From NCBI GenBank assembly GCA_010093605.1, contig MU004193.1:1495520-1559519 (forward strand): DNA of 64,000 nucleotides, given 5' to 3'. This DNA comes from Lophium mytilinum (taxonomy: Eukaryota). Positions 26,190 to 37,206 of this stretch are shown here, in pieces. The number at the start of each line of letters is the position of its first letter. Positions within the stretch are counted from its first letter, which is position 1. A program made the position numbers and the translations under genes. The notes beneath the pieces are model-generated. The model was not told the DNA's origin, did not search any database, and saw only the letters and a program-made list of their open reading frames with translations.

Positions 26190-26925
26190 GATGGCTGTTG
26201 GCTGGCGTTGTTGTGTTCGGAAGAGAGCGAGGCAAGAGGAGTGTTGATGTAGGCTGAGAGGAGTCTGCGCGAGGTTGTGTAGGTTGGCAGGTGTGAGGAC
26301 AGCCTCGCGTCTTATGGCGTTGACGCGTCTGCACGCGACGTTTCTTCGCTAGATCGCGGGCAAGGTCAGGTGGTTGAAAGGGGACGACTGAGGAAGTGAG
26401 GTCCTGCAAGACGAAGTCGCGTGAGAAGAAATTAGGCTGGTGAGTATCAAGTTGACTTCTTTTTAGTGGAAGTAATTGCCTGAAGTTGAAGCTATGAGCT
26501 CTGTCGATGATGTGAGAGAGTGCAAGCTGCGTTATTTATATAGTGAGTTGAAGCTCTCCCGTCCGCACCGCTCTCTATCTTTCTCAGCTGGCAGGGGGGC
26601 TCAGTTCTGATTTCTGAAGAGGCACGAGAAGTCAAATATAGGAGGCTCTCGAATGCAGCCATGAATTCGTATGCTATTGATGTGGATTCTGTTCGAGACT
26701 TGAGGTTGAAGTTGCTTTTGATGTTTTGAAAAGCATGAACGGGAGCCAGTCCGTCCGATCTGGAGTTGGTTGTGGCAAGTTATTGACGAAGCCTCTGAAT
26801 CAGGTCAAGGGAACCATGGAGGCCTGGGATTCGCGGCGTAAAATGGTACACACAAGAGATCACTAGTGAGGTCCTCTCCTAAGCCCTTATATATCCATTA
26901 ATCTTGAGCGGCCCATAACGTATCA

Positions 26926-27155
26926 CGCAGCCTTTGCGCAATGGTCATTCTGGTGGATGCAGCTGTGCGTTGCCGGCGTCTTGGGTTCGATTCCCAAGGT
27001 TGTCGGAACGGAGCATATGTATTTGCACTCGATAAGAGGCTGCATGTGTTTCGTAGTGGAGGCGGGCCAACCCTGAATTAGTCAATGGGGTCCGCTACGA
27101 CGGTCAGGCTGGGGGCCGTCTGCATAGTAAGTCTTATTTTAGTTTTTGGTTTTTC
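26926..27155 (+). ncRNA. Putative Pol III unit: degenerate tRNA-like head plus structured 3' extension (tRNA-derived SINE or ncRNA)
   Basis: A-box-like TTGCGCAATGG 26934-26944; B box GGTTCGATTCC 26984-26994 within a perfect TTGGG/CCCAA stem; hairpin 27051-27100; first T4 or longer runs at 27137-27155; TATA-like TTATATAT at 26887. Confidence 0.55.
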
Positions 27156-27214
27156 TTCTCGTCGGCAGTGCGGGATAGCAGATAGAGGCCTTTGAAATCG
27201 GGTTGAAAGATCAC

Positions 27215-27990
27215 GTGTAATGTGGGGAGGAGAAAGGGAGCTCTTAACTAGACTTTTTAACATGCGAATAACTCTTAAAGCAGCGATAAAACGCATACTA
27301 AAATCGGTACTATTATTTCTAGGGAGGGATAAGTATATACTCCCTAATTTCTCTATATATACCCCCCTATTATCTAATCTTCTAATTGGCTCGGAGGGCT
27401 TAAATTACTGCTCCGGCGTATATAAGGCCGTATATAAGGCTGTACTTATAGTAAAGCTATATAGCATACCTATTTTACTATATATACTTTCTATTTTCTA
27501 TCTATAGAGGCTATTATATTACTATATATATACCTACGCGCCTAGAAGCATACTAAAATAGTTAAAACCTTACCTTATTATAGCACCTCTGCATTAAACC
27601 TAGGCCCCTTACATTACCGCCGCACCCCTCTAGCTATCCTAATTAATAACCCCCTCTATTCTATCTAATACAATGCCATCTATTATAGGAGCTTCTTAAT
27701 AGTAAGCCGCGCCGGCGCTGCCTAAGCCTAAGGCTAAGGCTTAGCGTATTATAGAGGTGTAGGATAAGAATGTAATTATAGAGAAGTAGAATTAGTAAGC
27801 AAGCTAAGCGTAAGAATAGAGCTCCGGGCGAAGTTCTGGCCCGTTCTAGCCAATTAGAAGATTAGACGATAGGGGGGTGTGCGTGGAGGAATTAGGGGGC
27901 GTGCGTGGAGGAATTAGGGGGTGTGCGCTTATTCCTCCCCTTATTTCTGGGTGTTGAAGGAGGTAGGGAGTGCTCGAAATAGTGCGCTAG
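27215..27990. mobile_element. AT/TpA-rich degenerate repeat relic, consistent with RIP-mutated transposon sequence
   Basis: Abrupt enrichment of TA/TAG/CTA and depletion of CA/TG relative to flanks; no intact ORF; element class not identifiable. Confidence 0.6.
27873..27927 (+). repeat. 22-bp minisatellite, ~2.5 copies (GGGGGYGTGCGTGGAGGAATTA)
   Basis: Direct tandem copies visible at the right end of the RIP-like tract. Confidence 0.85.
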
Positions 27991-28129
27991 GCTCTACGAT
28001 AAATTCTCATCCCCTCTTACAAGTGAATTTCAGTGTTTTTGAACTACCTTACAGCGTGTCAAGCGAAAAGCTCGTTAAAGACGTTTTTTCTGGACCTGTG
28101 ATTGTCAGATCACAGCCACATCATCACTA

Positions 28130-29283
28130 TCACATCTTACTCTGATACTCCAAAACTGCCGGCAGGTTGATCTTTCCAACTCTCAACTTGGTAAGGTATT
28201 CCTCAAATCCCTCCTCAATATTCGGGTATGGACCCATCGGAGTGATGGCATGAGGATTAATACCCGCATGGCTTTTGGTATACTATCATGCCACACACAC
28301 ATTAGCAAACAGCCTTCCTATCTCAAACATAGTTTGGTATACTCACGTTCTCTTTGATATGCCTGAAATCCGTACTCTCCTTACACCCCTCCACTCCCCA
28401 GTACATCTTTTTCAGCCAATTCGATATGACAGGGTAATCCCATCGCACCATACCCAGATTGCACTTGAAATGCTGCACATACACTACATCGAACCTGATC
28501 ACCGTCGCATACGCTCTTACGTCCAATTCCGTCATTCTGTTTCCCAGAATGAATGGCCCGCCGTTGGAAGCAATCAGTTCTTCGAGCTTGTTCAAAGCAG
28601 CGAAGACAGGCACCACACCGGCATCGTAGCCCTCCTGGGTAGTTGCAAAGCCGGCTTTGTAGACGCCCGAGTTGAGGTCTTTTTGCATCCATTCGGATAT
28701 TTGATCAATTTGTGACCGGAGCGGAGGCGGGTACAGATCTATGCTAGCCTTCTCCTCTGGAATCAATGAATTGAAAGCGGTTGGGAGCCATCTTAGCATC
28801 TCGGCTGATTCCTGTTTCGACTATGAATTAGCTCTCGCCATTCGCCACTCGCTCAGAGGGGAAGGACAAGAAGACAAACTTCTTACTCACGTTACACACA
28901 ATGCTCCCGGTTTTCTTATCCCATAGCACAGGTACGGAGTACCGCCCCTTGTACTCCCTGTCCGCCTTGAAATACACCTCATGCAGATACTGACTCCCAA
29001 AGAGGTGATCAACCGTCGCGCCCTCGTACTCGCTGTCAGACGCTGGAAACTTCCACCCCGGCCACCCCTTGTCGTCGCCCTTTGGATAAGGGAGTACGAC
29101 AGAGAGTGATATGATGGAAGTTAGGCCTTTGATATACCGAATCAGGTTCGCGCGGTGGGCGAATGGGCAGAAGAGGCCAATGTAGAGGTGATATCGACCT
29201 GCTTCGGGCGGGAATTCACCGCCGGGACTTATGGCACCGTGCCAGCCGTCTGCTGTGCCTGCTTTGTGGATTTCTGTGGTCAT
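28130..29283 (-). CDS. Glutathione transferase, Xi/omega-like class (glutathionyl-hydroquinone reductase; Ecm4/YqjG family), 2 introns
   Basis: GRYHLYIGLFCPFAHR, YKGRYSVPVLWDKK, NSGVYKAGFA, TVIRFDVVYVQHFKCN, TDFRHIKENYTKSH..INPHAITPMGP; stop at 28132-28130. Confidence 0.93.
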
Positions 29284-29773
29284 ACTCGCTGAATTTAAGA
29301 GTGTTGATGTTTGGAGGCCAAGAAGTGGGGGTTTGCAGCGGGGTAGAATAAGCGCGTGAAATGGAATGACAAGAATTTACGAGACGAGGGTTCAATAAAG
29401 AGGTGATGGAGATATAAATGGGATACTAGGATATATCACAGTTCTCACCTCGCCACGTACATGTCGGTGATGGCAGCGGCCGAACCTTAGTGAATAGGTT
29501 TAGAAGAAAAAGGTCGGCGATGGGGGCGGTGGCACAGTATCCTCAAGGTTTCTGATTAGTCGGCGCACTGAGCATTCCTTTTCCAGACTGAAAATGTGAG
29601 ATGCCTAATCGCATCCTTCAGAAGATTATATTTTCAAGACCTTTGCGATTATTGATCTTCCTGAGGACTAACATGAGTATCGCACAGATTTGGATAGAGC
29701 AAAAAGCCTCACGCCGCACAAAACCACTCCATTTTTGAAAAACTTAGTTCAGACTTGTCTCATAATTCCTTCA

Positions 29774-32029
29774 TTATATTCTCACTCCCATGGAGTCTAA
29801 TCTGACTCCCCTCTTGTCAAAACCTATCCCTTGACCAACGGGGCAGTTTGGTACATTCTCCTGCCAAGCCACCTTCGCATACGCTGGCAAGTAGCTGTTT
29901 GTTGTGAACGTCTTAGGCAAGTAGTAGCTTACATCCCCTGCTACATAACTTCCTCCTACACTGTTAAGCGCTGCTAGAATGTAGCTCTGGATAAAGTCCA
30001 AGAATATTAGGTCTACAGTTTTTGGTGTGCTACCGTCGGTTGGGAACGAGCCGTTGGCTTGCAGATCATTGGGCTGGGCGTAGTACGGAATTTTCGAGTG
30101 GACAGTATCATCGCCGTCAGTGCCAAAATCATCGGTAGTCGTGTAGCCAGGGGTGGGGGAGGTATTTTGGCGGCGAAGGATGCTAGCGCCGGGGTTGGAT
30201 CGAGCTTTCAAGCCGTCACGGTCGTGAGTGATAGGAGGATCGAGGCATATGTCTCTGTCCGCGAGGAGGGGTTCGAACCCGAAGTCTCGAGTTTCGAGGT
30301 CGCGGCGTTTCTTTTGAAAGGGGCCTGCGTTTAAGATGCCAAGGACTTGCTGGTTGATGTTAGAGTTGGTGGTCTTGAAAGAAGCTGGGAGACACTTGCC
30401 GATGCTTGCTCATACGGGACATCGGGGATGAATTGGAAAGCGTCTTTGAACGGACTGACGATGAACGAATCGTCATAAGTGAATGGGCCTTTGGCAAGAT
30501 CAAACCGTACGCTTCCGGTGTTGATGATGATCATGCGAGGGATATCCGAACGACTTTCATTGACGACCACGGTAGTCAAAGCGGTCTGGAGTAGCCCAAA
30601 GAGATTGCCATCTGCAAGAAATGGCTTGCAGAACTGGCAGTAAGATTCAGGAGCACATCCATAGAGTGATGTAAGATTCAGTGACTTCCTGGCAGACGTG
30701 ATATCCCCAGTGACTTCAACGCCTTTGGAGATATCGAACGTATGGTCTTGGCTACCCTCCGCGTGATAAGCGAAGGTAAGACGATTCCAGTCTAGGTAAC
30801 GTCTCGCGTAGCGCAAAGATGAGGGTGTCTTGGATTGGGGTAAGCTGGTGTTCAGGGGCACAGCGGGTCTAGTTGGATGCGGAACTCCGTGCGGGTTGTG
30901 CTCAGCTTTGCACGACGACGATTTAATACCGGTTATGGAGAGCCACCCTAAAGTCTCACAATATCGACCTAATAGTAGTTAGTAAACGTAATACTGATGG
31001 TTTTTCAGATTCGTAATACCTGACTCCATGCCCGTGGCCTTGTTGTCGTAGACTGTGAAGTCTCGAATGTGCGTGTGTCCTCCGAAACCCTGCACTGGAA
31101 TATCTGGACGAAGATTTCTGATCGTGCTGAAAAGAGTGCCAAAGGTAGAAGTGGTGGCGTTTGCTCTGACTGGGTTATGTCCAATAACAAGGAAAAGGTC
31201 AATTGGCTTTGGGTAGTTGATAGCATCAAGGAACCATTTCTCTTCGGTCAGGTTCTTTGCCGTAATGACTTTTGAGACGTTTGAGTTTCCCTTGAAGTCG
31301 AACAGAACGCCAAATGCCATGATGCGAAGACCTTGTCTCCATTTAGCAACTTATCACGGATTCTGAAATGGAAGGCTGAAATATACCTTGCTCGGTGGTG
31401 AAGTAACGGTACTTCTTGCCGATGTACTCATATTCACCGGTTGATGGATTAATGATCTGAACATTGCTCGTGAGGTACCTATCCCCATATCTCTTTGAGA
31501 AGTTGCTGAAAGTCTCATATGCAATCTCTGTGACGTAAAGCTCATGGTTGCCAATGGTCAGGAGATCGTAATCAATGTTCTCGAAGATGGGATTGCTGAT
31601 CTCGCCGTTGAGAGTAGTTGCATCACTCAATCCAGCGCCGTCGTGAAGATCGCCCGTATCCACGAGCAGAAGATCTACACCCAGATTCTTCGCCTTCTTC
31701 TTCATATGCTTCGTGAAGCTTACGTAATCGCCCCAGTCAGCACCGTAGTTCTGCTCCTTGATATGGCCCTCGAGCCATCCATGCGTATCAGTCGTCTGCA
31801 GGAAGTTGATCTGACCCCATTCAAGAGGCCCTTTGGGTCCTGTCGTTGCGTTCTGAGCATCAGGTTGCATTCGCCGGACTAGTGGTGTTAGTAAGGGAGA
31901 AGAGAAAGGGGGTAGAGGGGATGTACCATTCCGGGTCATCACTACATCGTGCTGCGGTCCATAGCAGCTATCGCAAGCCAATACCGCAGTCACGCCCGCT
32001 ACAATTGCAAAAGATCGGGAAAGACGCAT
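29774..32029 (-). CDS. Secreted calcineurin-like metallophosphoesterase / 5'-nucleotidase-like protein (YHR202W-like), ~4 introns
   Basis: Signal peptide; TTDTHGWLEGH, DTGDLHDG, IGNHELY, IGHNP, GGHTHIRD metal-binding motifs; NTGSVRFDL..SPF. Confidence 0.92.
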
Positions 32030-32709
32030 CTTATCGAGCGAGATTGCTAGGGAGAAAGGCGAATTAAAGACGCAGCGATCTGTCATGCGCCTTTAATAGC
32101 AGCAAGAAGGTTGTCCTACGGCAGCACAAAGGTCACTGAAAGGAACATTGCTTGGTGCATCGTGTCACGGTACTCCAGACCTTTATAGTAGATCCTATCC
32201 GGCGGAGACATGGTTCCTATGTACACGGCCCGACCACCAGGTGAGCCTCTGGATCAACCTCTTTATCTCCAAACCTTCCCCACGTGCAGACACGGTGGGC
32301 TCCGGTAATCACTCACCTGCCGAAGGCAGTTGGGCGCCGGTGTTCCTGGTTACGTTCGGTCCTTGGTTTGCCTTGGTGTGTCTTGGTGTGCAGATCTCCC
32401 CTGCATGATGACGGGGGAAGCCGAATCATTGAGAAACGTTGCAAGGCTGATGGATGAGAGCCCTGGTCTGTGCTCATTCCAACATCACCTCCTCTTTTCG
32501 CCAACTTCATCCGTCTCCTTGGACCTTCAACAGGTATACAGCCCCACTTCAACTAGATCCCAAGCTGATTTAATTTGACCGCCTAAAGGGCCTCAAACCG
32601 CGGCACCCGACCGGATATTTGCCGCCAAATTGACAGCATTTTAGGGTCAGTAGCTATCTAAACGTCTTGATCCATGTGTATATCCACCTCTATCGGCTTC
32701 GCCTAAAAC

Positions 32710-33810
32710 CATAGACACGAGTCTATTGCATCTTTACGCGTACTTCTCGGTCTATCGTGCCACCTCAAACTCCGTTGTTCATCTGTCAAAACACGTCTTT
32801 ATGCCTCATCGAGATATGTAGTCTGAAATTCATGACATCGACCATTCATTTTCTCAACATATCATAGTGCCCCAAACGGTAGCATACGTACGCCAATCTA
32901 CCCCATTTCCTATCCTTCAGATCTAGGACGTTAGGACGTCGAATCTAATACTCCCTTTGCTCATTTTCAGGGCCATTTGTGGCACCCTAACCGCGGTTAC
33001 TGCGTCACGTTTACTCCTTTACAGCGACACCACATATACGAGCTCAAATCGTCGACATTGTATAAATTTTTCCATTTGGGGTTATTGCCACCCCAGACGC
33101 CTGCGTCCAACGGGAAATCCATAGTTTTTAACCCATTGGTGATATAGAGCCTCGAATCTATGACATCTTATGCATCTATCTCTTGCCTAGGATGTGCACC
33201 CCAGACGCCTGCATTTAACGGAAAATCTGTAATTCTAGACCCTTTGGTGATTTAGAGGCTCGAATTTATGACATCTTATCCGTCTGTCTCTTGGCTAGGA
33301 TGTGCACCCCAGACGTCTGCGTCAGCTTGTAAGTCCAAGCGTGCCTACCGAGTCTAGATCTACAGTCTTGAGTCCGGCATATCTGCTGCTTGTTCCTTGT
33401 AGACTTAGGTACACCTCATGCGCCGGAATCCAATCACAAATCTATGATTTTTGATGCACTTCAGATTTGGACACTCGAGTTTTTGCATTACACGCATCAA
33501 TTATGAGTCCATTCGTAGCATCTCTGACGGTTGCATCTATGTAAGATTCTATCTCTTTAGCACTATATAGGTTTGTAGTCTCGAAGCTTTGACATCCGAT
33601 GTATATGATTTTCGGCATATTATAGCACCTTAGACGCCGGCATGCACTTGTAAGAATCCCTCTTTTACGCCTAGTCCTGATATACAACCTCGAATTTGTT
33701 ACATCCTGAGTATACCATCTTCAATAGCTCGTAGCACCTCTTACGCCGGTATCTATAAAGTAGATATCCTTTGTTCCTTGTCTGAATATTAAGCCTGTAT
33801 CTTCAACTCC
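32710..33810 (-). repeat. Degenerate tandem array of ~108-bp units (~11 copies); distant member of the 108-bp family in reverse orientation
   Basis: GACATC-like anchors at ~32728, 32834, ~32949, 33054, 33162, 33270, ~33377, ~33484, 33591, 33700, ~33797; ACCCCAGACG at 33090, 33198, 33306. Confidence 0.85.
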
Positions 33811-33988
33811 CTAAATAACTATCAAATCACGTTCTCGAGCCTTTGCAAGAGCTCAGTATCACTCAAATCAAGTCTAGTATGTGTGGCTTTTGCCTCCCGC
33901 AATCTCGCGGCGAGGACTTTCATCTCTTTTCATTGATCGTCATGATGTCGTCTCCGCTGGCCTGATCTCCGCCCTCTCCCCTCTCCCC

Positions 33989-34636
33989 CTACTCCCCCCG
34001 GATCTTCTCCCCGAACCGCCGCTCCGCCTCCGCCTCCGCCTCCCTCTCCCGCTGCCGCCGCTCCTTCTTCTCCCTCTTCTCCCTCTCCCTCCTCTCCGCC
34101 CCCCGCTGCTGCTGCAGCTGGGCCCGCACCTCGGGCGGCAGGAGCCCCAGGACTGCATAGTGCTGCTGGACGGACTCGTTCCGTCCGTCCAGCAGCTTCT
34201 GCATCGTCCCCTCCACCCGCCGCTCGAGGGCGCGGCCCCGGATCTTCTCCCAGCTCGCCTCCTGCGAGCGCTGGGCGCTACGGCCCGCCAAGGGTTTCCA
34301 CACGATGGTGGCGGCACTGTCAAAACAGTTAGCTTTGTGGTGGAATATGGGGTGTGGGGCGGGGTGGGAAGGTGGGTGGACTTACACTGCGGCGTGCGCC
34401 AGCAGCGTCTTCTCCTTCTCCTCCTCCTCCTGCTCGACGGTGGCGGCGCTGTGTTGAGGTTAGCTAAATCTGCTCGGTGACCAATAGATCCTGCGAGTGA
34501 AGGTAGAGAGATGAGTCTTGCCACACTGCCTCAGCTGGCAGGCAAGATCTCGCGGGGTGGGGGGCAGTTCGGGGGTCTAGACTAGGGCTGTGACTTACTC
34601 GGCGGGAGGGTGGCCCCCTGTGGCCTGGGTGGCCAT
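33989..34636 (-). CDS. Small three-exon orphan protein with E/R/K-rich coiled-coil tail
   Basis: Two canonical GTAAGT..GCTAAC..CAG introns (34598-34449, 34385-34317) join in frame to MATQATGGHPPAD-AATVEQEEEEKEKTLLAHAAV-AATIVWKPLAG..EKIRGE*. Confidence 0.75.
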
Positions 34637-34929
34637 AATGATGATGGTGGTGATGCCGGTGATGGCGGTGATGGTGGTTTTGAGGGTCTTTGGGTGCTCC
34701 AGGAGCTGCACGGCTGGTTCTGGTGGTGGTGCTGTGCGCGATGTAGATGTGACGGCCAAAGAGTGTGAAGTTTGGCCCGCGGATTTTGTTTTGACCTCGC
34801 GGAGTGGGCGGCCACGTGACGTGATGGCTACAGGGGCAGCAACACCATAGACAGCGAAGCTCACCCTATATGGAGCCAAAATTCACTATCACCACCTTAC
34901 ACTGGCTATACCCGAGCTCCTTGATCTCC

Positions 34930-35525
34930 TAGCTGACGTCTCCTTGCCCCCGTCAGGGGTTTCCGGCTGGCCAAGAGCTACGGCAGCCGGCGAGGCTGGT
35001 GGGCGTGATTTGCTTCCAGGAGGATGAGACTCGCCAGCTCCCTCTTCATTACGTACACGCGAAGGTACACCATCAGTATCGAAGCTGGTGGTATGACAAA
35101 CTGGTGTCTCCTTGCTGCCGCCAGGGGAATCCAGCTCATCAACGGCTTCGCCAGCCGACGAGGCTGACCAGCGAGACTTCCTTGCAGGTAGGACCAGGCC
35201 AGCAACTCCACCCTCATCGACACTCACGAGAAGTCCCACCTCCCACATCGAGGCTAGTGATACAGCAAGCTAGCATCTTCTTGCAGCGTTCAGGGGCCTC
35301 CGGCTTCAGGACAACCACGGCAGCCGGCGAGGCTGCTGGCCTTGACTTGCCTCCAGGTAGGAAAAGGCCCGCTAGATCCCTCTACCCCACACCAACACCA
35401 CGACACACCATTAACATCGCAGTTGGCGAGGCAGCAAGCTAACATCTTCTTGCCACCATCAGGGGGATCCGGCTCCAGAGCAGCTGTGCCAGCCGACGAA
35501 GCTGCTGGGCATGACTTGGTTCTCC
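34930..35525 (+). repeat. Four diverged tandem copies of a 168-169-bp unit (63-nt exon-like part plus 105-106-nt intron-like part)
   Basis: CAGCCG(G/A)CGA anchors at 34984, 35152, 35321, 35490; CAG|GGG acceptors at 34956, 35124, 35293, 35462; CAG|GTAGGA donors at 35188, 35357. Confidence 0.85.
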
Positions 35526-36343
35526 CGAGACTCGAATTGTTTTCGACATCCCCACCTCCGCTGCCTCGACGTGCCAACCGTTGCCTTGCGGACACTCGAT
35601 CCCGACGCAGCCGGCTGCAGACTCGACGGGAATATCCTCAGCAGAGATACGGTAAGAGACACACTTCTCCTTCTTCCGCCGCACGGACTCCGCACGAACA
35701 CCCACGACGAGGACGAAACGGATGGCAATCGGGTCCACAAGGATTGATAACCTCCGGCACGCGCTGGTCGAGTACGTCTGCCGTAGGCAATGGCGTCCTC
35801 GCCTTCGCAAGCCTAGATCGAAACAAATCGCAGCGCTGGTGGGGAAAGACTGAAACAAACAGAGAAGATGCCAGCCCAGGCTCAAGGGTCACCTCATGCA
35901 GGGGGTGTAAAAGAGTAGCTTCAACGGAAATAGCGCGGCGAGCGGCATTAGAAGTTACCACGTATTCAGCTCTGCATGGCAGCGATGGAGACGGTGAAGG
36001 TATTCGGAGCCGTACATCTCTAGTCTCTACCACTCTGGTCTTTGCGGTAGTTACATCTTGGTGGAATAGGCTTGGATAAGGCTATTAGGTCGATGCCTTC
36101 TTCTTGAAAGAGTCCTAGGCCTTTGCTCCGGCACGTAGACCGGGAAGTCTATGGCGGACAGGTCTCAACCGTGATACTGAGATGCTTTGGATCGAGCATT
36201 GCTGATACGAGTCGCAGTTTAGGTTAGATGTTTGAAACCGCCTCCAACACACACATGCAGAACTCGTCCAGTCAACCGCTTCGAGCTTTTCGCCACAACA
36301 CTTAGTACATCAATGACCAAAGCACTGGCCCTTCATCGACAAC

Positions 36344-37206
36344 ATGGACGACGTCGACGATATGGAGGAGCTTCTACCGGCTGTCAGAGTTGGGAATGAT
36401 GTCGAAGTTGATGTCGAGGCTGAACGTGTTGAAACGGGATATGACGAAGCCCATCCTCCTCCCCAGCTTTCGAATGGTCTCATGAAGATTACATGCGACA
36501 ACATGAACAAGCTCAAGCTCAATGATCAACCCAGCATGCCTCTGGGAGGCAGACCTTCTTCCGACGGCAGTTCCGAATTCTCTTGAGTAAGACACCAAGG
36601 CGTAGGGCGTACGAGCGTCATCTGAATACTCGGATAGATATGATTAGGCCGATGGAGCACACGAAGAGGCATATCAGGATCGCTGAATGGCGAACACTCT
36701 TCATAACTGCAATGTCCGAAGGCCAGCCCTTGTCATGCGCGAAGGACTTCGAATTCGGCAAAAGTGAGAGCGTAGATAGTGCTGCACTTAGAGACAACAT
36801 ATGGAACGCGCTTCACATCATGGATGACCACGCTCGTGGGCCTGGGTCTTACCGCAAAACTGTTCCAGTCATCAACGGTCATCAAGAGGCGGAGGAGTAT
36901 CTTGGAAGGGTAGGCATATCGCTTTCAGAGCCGTCTACCGTCGAAGCAGTTCTCAACATGCAGAATGTGGAGGCTACAGGGCCATCCAACATCAGCAGCG
37001 ATTTCCTCTTCCGCGAAGAGAAGGATTCGAGCAAGGGCGACGGAAGCGGAGGTCGCCACGGCGTCCGGGGCCTATTCGCCATAGAGGATACAGAAGACAG
37101 GGACGCAGATGGGATATCGCTGGCAAAAGGCTCGTCCTTAACTCAAGAGACTTGTCCATGTCCTAAATTTCATCCATCTCGTGCTAGCTCATCTTCTCCA
37201 ACTTGA
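36344..37206 (+). pseudogene. Possible frameshifted hypothetical gene (80-aa plus 207-aa overlapping ORFs)
   Basis: Two coding-like ORFs overlap by 4 nt at TCTTGAGT (36583-36586). No family recognised. Confidence 0.35.

Noticed and set aside
26926..27005. Functional canonical tRNA, tRNA-Sec or SRP RNA
   Set aside because: Abnormal D region, mismatched acceptor end, no TCA anticodon loop, and no SRP helix-8 GNRA motif.
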